Source: Myxococcota bacterium
GTDB lineage: Bacteria; Myxococcota_A; UBA796; UBA2385
Length of the DNA stretch: 64,000 bases
Reading direction: 5' to 3'
NCBI GenBank assembly: GCA_044344255.1
Contig: JBIJDH010000005.1
Location: forward strand, 297,669 to 361,668
The notes under the pieces were generated by a model. That model was not told the origin of the DNA. It did not search any database and saw nothing but the letters and a program-made list of their open reading frames with translations. Below, in pieces: positions 9,704-20,852 of this stretch. The position numbers and the translations under genes are program-made. How positions within the stretch are numbered: position 1 is the first letter of the stretch; the number at the start of each line of letters is the position of its first letter.

Positions 9704-10855
9704 TCAGGGGCGGAGCCGCTCGACGACGGCGGCGAGGGCGTCCACGGCGGACTCCCCGCATCGGGAGCAGCGCTCCGGTGACCACCCCTGCTCGGGGTCC
9801 GGGGCGTCGGCGTTGTCCTTGAACGGCATCTCGAGGGTGAAGGCGAGGGCGTCGAAGCGCTGGCTCACCTGGCTCGTGCACATCGTGAGGTTGGCCTGTC
9901 CGGGGGCGTCCGGCGGGTAGCCGTGGGCCCGCTGGACGTCGGGGCAGGCCCGCTCGTAGGCGTCGCGGAAGGCGAGGTCGAGGGCGGCGAGGCGGGGGCT
10001 CCAGCCCGGAGTGCCCTCTGCGCCGGCGAGGAACACGTAGGGCAGCTCTTCATCGCCGTGGATGTCGAGGCAGAGGTCGAGCCCGGCCGCGTCCATCGCG
10101 TCGCGGACGTGCAGCACCTCGGGGCTCCGCGACAGGGTGGGGGTCTCCCACTCGCGGTTGAGGTTGGCGCCCGCCGCGTTGCAGCGGAGGTGGCCGAGAT
10201 AGCTGCCGTCGGGGTTCATGTGGGGGACCACATGGAGCACCGCGCGGGTGAGGAGCCAGCGGGACAGGCTGTCGGTCGGGTCGAGCAGGCGGGAGAGGAA
10301 GCCCTCCATCCACCAGGAGGCCATGCTCTCGCCGGGGTGTTGGCGCCCGATGACCCAGATGACCCGCTTCCCCGCGCCGGGCTCGCCGATCACCACCCGG
10401 TCGAGGTCGCGGCCCTGCACCGTCGCGCCGAGGCGATCGACCCGGGCGCGGTCCGAGCGCTGGACCTGCCCGAGGAGCTCGGTGCAGCGGTCGAGGGAAT
10501 AGGGGGCGAAGTAGCTGTACCAGACGACGTCGGCGGTGGGGGTGTCGCTGAAGATGAGCTCACCGCCCACGTACTCGGTGTCGACGCGGGTCCAGGTCTC
10601 GCGGTCGTCGGTCACACAGGCCCGATAGCCGGCCCAGGCGGGGGGATAGGAGCAGGCCGCCGCGTTCGTGAGGCGAAAGACGCAGGGGCGGCCTCGGGCC
10701 CCGGACACGCGGAAGTGGAACCACTGGCGGTGCTCCTCCCCGGCGTCCCAGCGGATGGCGAGGCGAAGCTCGGCGGGGGCGGTGCCCTCCGCGGGGAGGG
10801 GCTCGAGGACGTCGATGTTGCCGCTGTCGAAGGCGGTGGAGATGTGGAGGGCCAA
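9704..10855 (-). CDS. M14-family zinc carboxypeptidase (cytosolic carboxypeptidase-like)
   Basis: ISTAFDSGNI N-terminus, RQHPGE, NPDG, NLNREW, DIHGDE and TLEMPF motifs; TTG start inferred. Confidence 0.9.
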   Translation of the reverse strand: MALHISTAFDSGNIDVLEPLPAEGTAPAELRLAIRWDAGEEHRQWFHFRVSGARGRPCVFRLTNAAACSYPPAWAGYRACVTDDRETWTRVDTEYVGGELIFSDTPTADVVWYSYFAPYSLDRCTELLGQVQRSDRARVDRLGATVQGRDLDRVVIGEPGAGKRVIWVIGRQHPGESMASWWMEGFLSRLLDPTDSLSRWLLTRAVLHVVPHMNPDGSYLGHLRCNAAGANLNREWETPTLSRSPEVLHVRDAMDAAGLDLCLDIHGDEELPYVFLAGAEGTPGWSPRLAALDLAFRDAYERACPDVQRAHGYPPDAPGQANLTMCTSQVSQRFDALAFTLEMPFKDNADAPDPEQGWSPERCSRCGESAVDALAAVVERLRP

Positions 10856-11024
10856 GAGGGCTCCAGGGCGGGAGGAGGAGACCAGGGGGGAGGCGCGGCG
10901 AGGGTGGAGGGTACACCCCGCCCCGCGGTTCCGGCAAGGGAGCCGACGGTGGCGAGCTCGTTCCAGTCGGGTAGAGCGAGCGCCAGTCTCGTGTCCCACG
11001 CCTGCTGCTCCGCTGGATGTCCCG

Positions 11025-11834
11025 ATGCCGCTGCTCCTCCCGCTGCTCCTCCCGCTGCTCCTCTCCCTGGTCACCGAGAGCCTCGCGGCCCCGGCCGCCC
11101 CGGCCGTCCCTGCAGCTCCCCCGGCGACCGCCGCGCCTGCCCTCTCCTCGGAGCCTGTCCGCCTCGCCGGTGCGACGGGCCCTATCGTGGTCACTGTCGT
11201 CTATCACGGCACCGTGCGCATCGAGGCCGGGGGGAAGGTCCTGTGGATCGACCCTTGGATCAAGGGCAATCTCGAGGGCCCCAAGGCCGACCTGCTGCTC
11301 ATCACCGACATCCACGGTGATCACCTCGACATGGACGCCATCGCGAAGGTGCGCAAGCCCGAGACCCTCGTGGTCGCCCCCGCCGCGGTGGCCGCCGCCC
11401 AGCCTCCGCTGAAGGTGGACCGTCCGTTGGCCAACGGCGAGTCCGCGGACCTCCTGGGCGTTCACATCGAGGCCGTGCCGATGTACAACCTCACGCGCGG
11501 GCCCTCGGCGGGGGCGCTCTTCCACGACAAGGGCCGCGGGGACGGCTATCTCCTCACGATCGACGGCAAGAAGATCTACATCGCAGGCGACTCCGAGTGT
11601 ACGCCCGAGATGAAGGCCCTCCGGGGGGTCGATCTCGCGCTCATCCCCATGAACCTGCCCTATACGATGCCCCCCGAGGAGGCGGCGGCCTGCGTGGCGG
11701 CCTTCAAGCCGCGTCAGGTGGTGCCCTATCATTATTCAGGGAGTGACCTCAGCCTCTTCACCAAGGGCCTCGCGGGGGTCTCCGGGGTGGAGGTGGTGCT
11801 CCGAGAGGCCTATCTGGGCGGCCTGCCCTGGTGA
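11025..11834 (+). CDS. Secreted MBL-fold metallo-hydrolase
   Basis: Signal peptide; ITDIHGDHLD, YIAGDS and VPYHY motifs. Confidence 0.85.
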   Translation: MPLLLPLLLPLLLSLVTESLAAPAAPAVPAAPPATAAPALSSEPVRLAGATGPIVVTVVYHGTVRIEAGGKVLWIDPWIKGNLEGPKADLLLITDIHGDHLDMDAIAKVRKPETLVVAPAAVAAAQPPLKVDRPLANGESADLLGVHIEAVPMYNLTRGPSAGALFHDKGRGDGYLLTIDGKKIYIAGDSECTPEMKALRGVDLALIPMNLPYTMPPEEAAACVAAFKPRQVVPYHYSGSDLSLFTKGLAGVSGVEVVLREAYLGGLPW

Positions 11835-11899
11835 TGGCGCGCCCGGGTGACGGCGCAGGGGTCCGGCCCGTCGCGCGGCGGCCGGGTTAGCCTCGGCCG

Positions 11900-12574
11900 A
11901 TGAACGAGCTCATGCAGGCCATTGGCCCCTCGACCTTCCTCTGGCCCGTGGCGGCCCTCGGCTTCCTCTCGGTGGCCATCGCGGTCGAGCGCTTCTTGTA
12001 CCTGATCTTTCGGGCGTCGCTCTCCGCCAACGCCTTCATGGCCTCTGTGCAGAAGCTGGTGATGGCGGGCCAGATCGACCAGGCGATGGTGCTCTGCTTG
12101 AACGCCCCCGAGGCTCCCGTGGCCAACGTGGTGCGCGCGGCTTTGCTGCACGCCGACGGCTCTCGGGAAGACCTCCACCTCGCCGTCGATCAGGCCGCCG
12201 CGGAGGCCGTCCCCGCCGTTCAGCTCCGCCTCGGTTGGCTCACGACCTTCGCCAACGTGGCCACCCTCTTCGGCCTCCTGGGCACCATCGTGGGCCTCAT
12301 GCAGTCCTTCGAGGCCGTCTCCCACGCCGAGGCCTCCCAGCGCCAGGAGCTCCTCGCGGGCGGCATCTCGCTGGCCATGCAGACCACCGCCAGCGGCATC
12401 GCGGTCGCCATCCCGGCGCTCCTCGCCTACTCCTTCCTCGCGCAGCGGGCGAACGGGGTGCTCGATGACGTGGAGCGCTGCGGGCTCAAGATGGAGATGC
12501 TGCTCCTCAGCCGGCAGCAGACCCTGCGCGAGGGCCGATCCGCCTCGCCGCCCGCGGCCGCCGAGGCGGAGTGA
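11900..12574 (+). CDS. MotA/TolQ/ExbB proton-channel protein (AglR-like)
   Basis: ANVATLFGLLGTIVGLMQSF and GISLAMQTTASGIAVAIP. Confidence 0.9.
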   Translation: MNELMQAIGPSTFLWPVAALGFLSVAIAVERFLYLIFRASLSANAFMASVQKLVMAGQIDQAMVLCLNAPEAPVANVVRAALLHADGSREDLHLAVDQAAAEAVPAVQLRLGWLTTFANVATLFGLLGTIVGLMQSFEAVSHAEASQRQELLAGGISLAMQTTASGIAVAIPALLAYSFLAQRANGVLDDVERCGLKMEMLLLSRQQTLREGRSASPPAAAEAE

Positions 12575-13044
12575 TGTCGGGCCGCTCCCGACTCAACGTC
12601 GCGCCCGCCGAGCTCATCCTCGTGCCGCTGCTGGACATGATCTCCCTGCTCGTGCAGGTGCTGCTGCTCAACATCCAGTTCGGGGTCTTCGCCGAGCTCC
12701 CGGCCCGACAGGCCGGTGCGGGCGGCGCCGAGGGCGAGGCCGACCTGGCGCTCACCATCGACATCGAGGCCCGCGGCTTCGCGCTGCGCTGGAATGAGGC
12801 GGGGGGCGCGCGCGCCGAGCTCCTGCCCTGTGTCGATCCCTGTCGGGCGGTCGAGCACTTCCCCTACGCCCGCCTGGGGGAGGTCCTCTCGGCGATCAAG
12901 GAGCAGCACCCCGCCGAGCAGCGTGTGCTGGTGCGGCCCCTCGTCGATCTGCCCTTTGAGGTCATCGCCCGCACGATGGACGAGGCGCGCGGCGGCGGCG
13001 GCCAGGGGCGCTTCACCGACGTTGGGCTGGGGGGCCGGCCGTGA
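12571..13044 (+). CDS. ExbD/TolR-family protein (AglQ-like)
   Basis: TM segment LVPLLDMISLL with conserved Asp; PFEVIARTMDEAR; overlaps the stop of the upstream gene. Confidence 0.8.
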   Translation: MMSGRSRLNVAPAELILVPLLDMISLLVQVLLLNIQFGVFAELPARQAGAGGAEGEADLALTIDIEARGFALRWNEAGGARAELLPCVDPCRAVEHFPYARLGEVLSAIKEQHPAEQRVLVRPLVDLPFEVIARTMDEARGGGGQGRFTDVGLGGRP

Positions 13045-13535
13045 GCGCGCTGCGGAGCCGGCGGTCGGGGCGGCGCGGCCGCCGGATGGAGACCGACTCC
13101 GAGCTCCTGCTGGCCGCGATGGTCGACATGATGGTCAACGTGCTTCTCTTCCTCCTCACGCTCTATGGCACATCGCCGGGCTCGGAGGCCGGTGAGCTGG
13201 AGCTGCCGGGGGCGCGGTCGGAGGCGCCCCTCGTGGCCACCGTGCACCTCACGGTCACGCCGCAGGTGGTCGCCGTCGACGGCAAGACGGCGCTCGCGCT
13301 CCGGGCCTCGCCGGAGGGCCCGCGCCTGCCCGAGCGGGTGGAGCTCGACACGCTGCTCAACCTGCTCGCCACGCGGCGCGGAGCGGGAGAGAGCCCGCCG
13401 CCCCTCGCCGTCGAGGTGGACCGCCGCGTGCCCTGGACCACGCTCGAGCCCCTGCTCGATGTGGCCGGACAGGCCGGCTTCTCGGACCTCCGCTTCGTCA
13501 CCACCAGCCTGAGCGTGGTCGGCGCGCCCGGCTGA
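13041..13535 (+). CDS. Second ExbD/TolR-family protein (AglS-like)
   Basis: AMVDMMVNVLLFLL TM segment; DRRVPW...AGQAGFSDLRF; GTGA overlap. Confidence 0.8.
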   Translation: MSALRSRRSGRRGRRMETDSELLLAAMVDMMVNVLLFLLTLYGTSPGSEAGELELPGARSEAPLVATVHLTVTPQVVAVDGKTALALRASPEGPRLPERVELDTLLNLLATRRGAGESPPPLAVEVDRRVPWTTLEPLLDVAGQAGFSDLRFVTTSLSVVGAPG

Positions 13536-13564
13536 GCGGCGGCCGGCCCTGTCCGGCGCCTCGG

Positions 13565-14920
13565 TTATTCGGCGGCGACCCAGGCTCGGATCTCATCGGG
13601 CCGCTGGGCCACCCACTCCCGCACGCAGTTGACGTGTCGGTCATAGTCGCTGAGGCTGTAATATTTGTGGCTGTCGCTCTCGACCTCGGCGCGGAGCAGG
13701 TCATTGAGGAAGTCTACCTGCCCCACAGGGTCGGCCGCCTCCCAGACCTCGTTGAGACGGCTGAGCTCGGCGACGAAGTCGGCGCGGCAGGTGGCGCTGG
13801 CGAGGCACTTCTTGGCGAGCACCCCCTCGGTGTAGGTGCCGGGATCGACGCCGTGGCGGCCGCACTCGTCGTAGCTCCAGGGCCGCCAGCCGTAGTCGAG
13901 GTCCATCGACTGGGGGAGGAAGGTCCATCGGTCGGCGGTGGGGTCGTGATAGATGTGGTAATTGGAGCGGTCATAGGCGTATCCGTCCCAATGGGCGATG
14001 AGGGCGTCCATCGCCATGCTGCGGATGAACAGCTCCCAGTCGAGCTGCTCCTGCATCGCCGCCTCCCAGTCGGCCCCGCTGAGCTCGGAGGCGGCGACGA
14101 GGGCGTCAAAGGCGTCGTCGTGGCCCTCATCGTACTCCTCGGTCTCGAAGCAGCGGCTGTTGGTGAAGTCGCAGTCTTCGCCCCCGTTCTCGTAGAGGTT
14201 GCCGTTGGGATCTGCGAACCAGGCCTCGAGCAGGTCGTCGTTGATGGCCTCGACGGCGGTGTAGAGGCCGTAATCTTCGCCGTTGAGGGTGAGGCGGACG
14301 TAGCCGGCCCGGGAGGCGGGGAGGCCGGCCTCGCGGAGGGTGCGATAGGAGCGCACCTCGGACATCATGCTGGGGTCGATGAGCTGGTTGTGCAGGTTGA
14401 ATTTCTTGTGCCCCATGAATTCCTGGCCGGGCACATAGAGGTTGACGTCGACCTTGAGGGAGGGCTTGTCGTCGATGCTGGACGAGGTGCTCGAGCCCTT
14501 GATGTGAATGGCCACGCTCCAGCGCTGATCGCCGTAGAGGAGCTCGGCGGGCACGTAGCTGTCGGGGTCGTGGCGGAGGTCGGACCAGGCGTCACCGTCG
14601 AGCTCGAAGGCGAGGGGGGTGATGGTGTCTTCGGAGAAGAGCACGTCGGGGACGTCGTCGGTGGCCACGAAGGGGGACTCGGGCAGGGCCTCGAGGGGGG
14701 AGTCGGTGGCGACCGCGCTCCCGTCGCTGCCGTCCGTCCCGTCGGCGCCGTCGCCGGTGCCGCCGTCTGTGCCGCCGTCTGTGGCGCCGTCTGTGCCGCC
14801 ATCCGTCCCGGCGTCCCCTCCCGCCTTCGAGCCGCCCAGCGACAGGTGGCCGCTGGAGCAGGCGGAGAGGGCGAGCGCCGCGCTGAGGAGGGGGATCAGG
14901 GGGACGGTGCGGAGGAACAT
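13565..14920 (-). CDS. CotH kinase family lipoprotein
   Basis: Lipobox LSAC; HIKGSS, KPSLKVD, YGLYTAVE, HWDGY, NYHIY and DLD motifs. Confidence 0.85.
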   Translation of the reverse strand: MFLRTVPLIPLLSAALALSACSSGHLSLGGSKAGGDAGTDGGTDGATDGGTDGGTGDGADGTDGSDGSAVATDSPLEALPESPFVATDDVPDVLFSEDTITPLAFELDGDAWSDLRHDPDSYVPAELLYGDQRWSVAIHIKGSSTSSSIDDKPSLKVDVNLYVPGQEFMGHKKFNLHNQLIDPSMMSEVRSYRTLREAGLPASRAGYVRLTLNGEDYGLYTAVEAINDDLLEAWFADPNGNLYENGGEDCDFTNSRCFETEEYDEGHDDAFDALVAASELSGADWEAAMQEQLDWELFIRSMAMDALIAHWDGYAYDRSNYHIYHDPTADRWTFLPQSMDLDYGWRPWSYDECGRHGVDPGTYTEGVLAKKCLASATCRADFVAELSRLNEVWEAADPVGQVDFLNDLLRAEVESDSHKYYSLSDYDRHVNCVREWVAQRPDEIRAWVAAE

Positions 14921-15000
14921 CGGGGCTCCGGGCGCGTTCGGCGCCGAGCGCACACTCTACCGCTCTCGGGCGCGCCTGCGGGGCCCGCGGGCGGGCGGGG

Positions 15001-15477
15001 TCAGGAGGGGCCGCCCTCGCGGTAGATCGGCAGCCCGCGCCGGCTGTGGTGCTCGAAGATGATCGCCGTCTCGATGTGGCCGACCTCGGGGCGGGAGGCG
15101 ATTCGGTCCCAGGAGAGGTCGCGGAGGTGGGCCACGTCGCGGACGGCGACGTGGACGAGGAAGTCGTCGGCCCCCGACACGTTGTAGAAGGCCACCACCT
15201 CCTCTTGCAGCACGAGGAAGTCGCGGAGGGAGCGCGCGGCGCTCTGGCCGTGGTCGCGCATCCGCAGGGAGATCATGGCCTGGATCCCCACGCCGATGGC
15301 CGCAGGGTCGAGCAGGGCGTGGACGCCGCGCAGGACCCCGGCCTCGCGCAGGCGCCGCACCCGCGTCAGGCAGCTCGACGCGGCCAGGCCGACATCCGCG
15401 GCGAGCTCCTTGTTGGACAGCCGACCATCCTTCTGTAGAGCGTCGAGGATGGCGAAGTCGATTCGGTCCAGGTCCAT
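15001..15477 (-). CDS. Lrp/AsnC-family transcriptional regulator
   Basis: MDLDRIDFAILDALQKDGRLSNKELA HTH; SGADDFLVHV; AAGGAG RBS. Confidence 0.95.
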   Translation of the reverse strand: MDLDRIDFAILDALQKDGRLSNKELAADVGLAASSCLTRVRRLREAGVLRGVHALLDPAAIGVGIQAMISLRMRDHGQSAARSLRDFLVLQEEVVAFYNVSGADDFLVHVAVRDVAHLRDLSWDRIASRPEVGHIETAIIFEHHSRRGLPIYREGGPS

Positions 15478-15543
15478 CGTGGGGGGCTCCTTCCGCAATC
15501 AATTCGGTTGCCGGCGGGTGGCTGGGAATCCTATGGATATAGC

Positions 15544-16800
15544 ATGGCAAAGTACCCGAACATCCTGCTGATGGAAGACCGGTCGAAGGCCGAGGCCCTG
15601 CTCGTCGAGCTCGGCCGCGCCCTGCACGCGGCGGGGGCCTCTTCGGGGCGGGTGGAGGCGGCGGTGACCGAGGTGGCGGCCGGCTGGGGCCTCCCCGTCG
15701 ACGCGCTCGCCACGCCCACCTCGCTCCAGCTCGCCTTCGGGGCGCCCGGGCCGCAGCGGCTCAACCTCTCTCGGCTCCAGCCGGGGGGGATCGCCCTCGG
15801 TCGGCTCGTCACCCTGGAGGCGCTGGTGCGGCGGGCGGCGCAGGGAGAGGGGCCCCAGGCGCTCCGTGCCACGCTGGACCGCCTCCACGCCCAGCCCGCG
15901 CAGTGGGGAGCCCTCGCCTCCCTCCTCGCCGCCACGGTGCTCGGCGGCGCGGCGGCGGCCTCCTTCGGGGCCAGCCTGCCGGGGGTGGAGCTCGGCGCCG
16001 GGGTGAGCCTCGCCGTGGCCGCGCTCGAGCGCCTCGCCCAGCGTCGGCCCGCGGCCGCCCGCCTCACCCCCCTCGCGGGCGCCGCGCTGGCCACGCTGCT
16101 CTCCGTGCTCGGGGCCCGCGCCCTCGGTCTGCCCACAGCCTGGCCCTCGCTGCTCGGCGGCCTCATTCAGCTCGCGCCGGGCTACACCTTCACGGTGGCG
16201 GCCACGGAGCTCGCCGAGTCTGAGCTCGTCGCCGGCACGGCCCGCCTCGGCGCCGCCCTCTCCACCTTTCTCCAGCTCAGCGTCGGCCTCGCGGCCACCG
16301 CCTCGGCCTTGGAGGCCTGGCCGCTGCTCTCGCCGGCCGGCCCGGCGGCGGCGGGCGTGGCTTGGGGGGCGGCGGCGGCCGTGGGCCTCGCCTATGGGGT
16401 GCTCCTTCAGGCGGCGCCGCGGGACACGCGCCTCGTCTTCCTTGGGGCCTTGGGCGGGCAGGCCGCCTCAGAGCTCGGTGACTGGATCGGCTCGGGCGCC
16501 TGGGCCCCCTTCGTGGCGGCGGCCGGCCTCTCCCTCGGCAGCGAGCTCGCCGGGCGGCTCACCCGTCGGCCGAGCGCCCTCTTCCTCGTCCCCTCGCTCC
16601 TCGCGCTCGTCCCAGGCGGCGCGGGCATCGGCGGCCTGTCGCGGGTGCTGCACGCCGAGCCGGGCGGGGGCGCCGCCGCGATCGGCGCGGTGGTGGCCGC
16701 GATCTCCCTCTCGACGGGGGTGCTCCTCGGGCAGCTCCTCGCGGGTGGGCTGCGGGGTGGCGCGCGGCCGCCGCTTGACCTCTCGGGGGAGCGTGTCTAA
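15544..16800 (+). CDS. ThrE-family threonine/serine exporter
   Basis: LGRALHAAGASSGRVE, LAPGYTFT..ELA..ELVAGTARL and LVPGG motifs; about 10 TM segments; divergent from the Lrp gene. Confidence 0.85.
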   Translation: MAKYPNILLMEDRSKAEALLVELGRALHAAGASSGRVEAAVTEVAAGWGLPVDALATPTSLQLAFGAPGPQRLNLSRLQPGGIALGRLVTLEALVRRAAQGEGPQALRATLDRLHAQPAQWGALASLLAATVLGGAAAASFGASLPGVELGAGVSLAVAALERLAQRRPAAARLTPLAGAALATLLSVLGARALGLPTAWPSLLGGLIQLAPGYTFTVAATELAESELVAGTARLGAALSTFLQLSVGLAATASALEAWPLLSPAGPAAAGVAWGAAAAVGLAYGVLLQAAPRDTRLVFLGALGGQAASELGDWIGSGAWAPFVAAAGLSLGSELAGRLTRRPSALFLVPSLLALVPGGAGIGGLSRVLHAEPGGGAAAIGAVVAAISLSTGVLLGQLLAGGLRGGARPPLDLSGERV

Positions 16801-16803
16801 GCC
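16775..16803 (+). promoter_or_regulatory. Candidate sigma70-type promoter for lon
   Basis: TTGACC-N17-TAAGCC about 80 bp upstream of the lon start. Confidence 0.35.
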
Positions 16804-16883
16804 TTGAAGGTCCCTGCCTGTGTCTGTCCGGGCAAGGAGTCGGTCTTCAACAGGCCCGGGGAATAGCCCGGAAAGGACGCGCC

Positions 16884-19283
<2,400 letters not shown>

Positions 19284-19547
19284 GGCGTTGGGCGCAGGGG
19301 ACGGGCGGCGCCCATTCCCTGCGCGTCGTCATGCGAAAGGGGGGCTCCTCCGCATGTTCTGGTTGGACCGGCCCACCGGTCTGGGCTAATCGGTTGGCCG
19401 GATCGGAGGTAGACGGAGAGGGAGACCTCGCCCGTTGCCTCGAGGTCACCCTGTGCCGCGGAACGTCTCCCCTGTCGCTGGTCCCTGTCGGACGGCTCAG
19501 CGCCCCCTCTCGGGGCGACCGTCCTCGTGTGCTCGGATCGGAGACAG

Positions 19548-20852
19548 ATGCGATCATTCGGGCTCGGCTCCCTCTTGCTGTCCTGCCTGCTGGGGGCCGG
19601 CCCCGCCCGGGCCGAGGCCCCCCTCGAGGTTCGGCGCTCTCCCGCGCGGCTCAACGTGCGGGCCACCGCGGCCCTCGACGGCGCGCTCATCGGTCAGATC
19701 GAGCTCGGCGTGCCCTTCAGCGTCTTCGCGCGCGTGGCGGGAGAGGGCTGCGGGGGCGACGGCTGGGGGCGCGTCGAGGCCGGCGGCTTCGCCTGTCTGG
19801 ACGGCGCGGGCTTCGCGCTCGACGCCCCGGCTGACCTCCCGGCGCTGATCGACTTCAACGCGCCCTCCCCCTCGGAGATCGAGGCCTATGAGGAGACGGG
19901 TCAATACTCTGGGCGCACCCGCTCACCGATGTTGCCCTACATCTACGGCAAGCGCGCGGGCCGCTGGGGCGGCGCGGTGTGGGCGAGCGAGGCGGACTGG
20001 CTGACCGGGGCGCCGTCGGTCGATCGGCTCGACGCTCGGCACGCCTACAGCTTCGTCTCGGTCATCGAGACGGTGAAGGGGCGGGCCTTCCTGCGGGCGA
20101 ACGGGAGCCTCGTCCCCGAGGCGGAGCTCTATCTCTTCCCCCTCACCGAATTTCACGGGCGTGACCTCGCCGCGCGCCCCATTCGGGAGGGCACGGTGGC
20201 CGCCTGGGTGGTGGCCGAGAGCGGGGCCCGCCTGCGGGACAAGCCCTCGGTCATGGGCGAGGAGATCGGGCGGCTGCCTTATCAGAGCGAGCTCGAGCTG
20301 GAGGCGCGGCCGGTGGGCGAAGGCCGGTGGTGGGAGATCGCCGAGGCCCTCGGCCCGGGTCGCTCCGGCTACGTGAGCGGGATCGGCCTCGCGCGGATCC
20401 ACGCCGCCCCGCGGCCGGCCGAGGTTGGCCCGGAGGAGCGCTGGGTCGACATCAACCTCGATCAGCAGACGATGGCGCTGATGCGCGGCGAGGTCCCCCT
20501 CTTCGTGACCCTCATCTCCTCGGGGGTCACCGCCCATGACACGCCGCGGGGCACCTTTCGGGTGACCGACAAGCAGGTCACGAATGACATGAGCAGCCTG
20601 AGCGGGTCGCGAGAGCGGTACATGGTGGAGGATGTGCCGTGGGTCGTCCACTTCAAGCCCCGGTACGCCATCCACACCGCCTTCTGGCACTGGGATCTGG
20701 GCCACAAGACCAGCCATGGCTGCGTGAACCTGTCCCCAAAGGACGCCCGCACCGTGTTCAACTGGGTCGAGCCGGTCTTACCGCCCGGCTTTCACAGCGT
20801 CCAGGCCTCACCGGACTCGCCGGGGATGGTGGTGCGGATCCGAGCCCGGTGA
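19548..20852 (+). CDS. L,D-transpeptidase (YkuD domain) with SH3b-like N-terminal regions
   Basis: Signal peptide; TPRGTF and AIHTAFWH..G..TSHGCVNL catalytic motif. Confidence 0.9.
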   Translation: MRSFGLGSLLLSCLLGAGPARAEAPLEVRRSPARLNVRATAALDGALIGQIELGVPFSVFARVAGEGCGGDGWGRVEAGGFACLDGAGFALDAPADLPALIDFNAPSPSEIEAYEETGQYSGRTRSPMLPYIYGKRAGRWGGAVWASEADWLTGAPSVDRLDARHAYSFVSVIETVKGRAFLRANGSLVPEAELYLFPLTEFHGRDLAARPIREGTVAAWVVAESGARLRDKPSVMGEEIGRLPYQSELELEARPVGEGRWWEIAEALGPGRSGYVSGIGLARIHAAPRPAEVGPEERWVDINLDQQTMALMRGEVPLFVTLISSGVTAHDTPRGTFRVTDKQVTNDMSSLSGSRERYMVEDVPWVVHFKPRYAIHTAFWHWDLGHKTSHGCVNLSPKDARTVFNWVEPVLPPGFHSVQASPDSPGMVVRIRAR

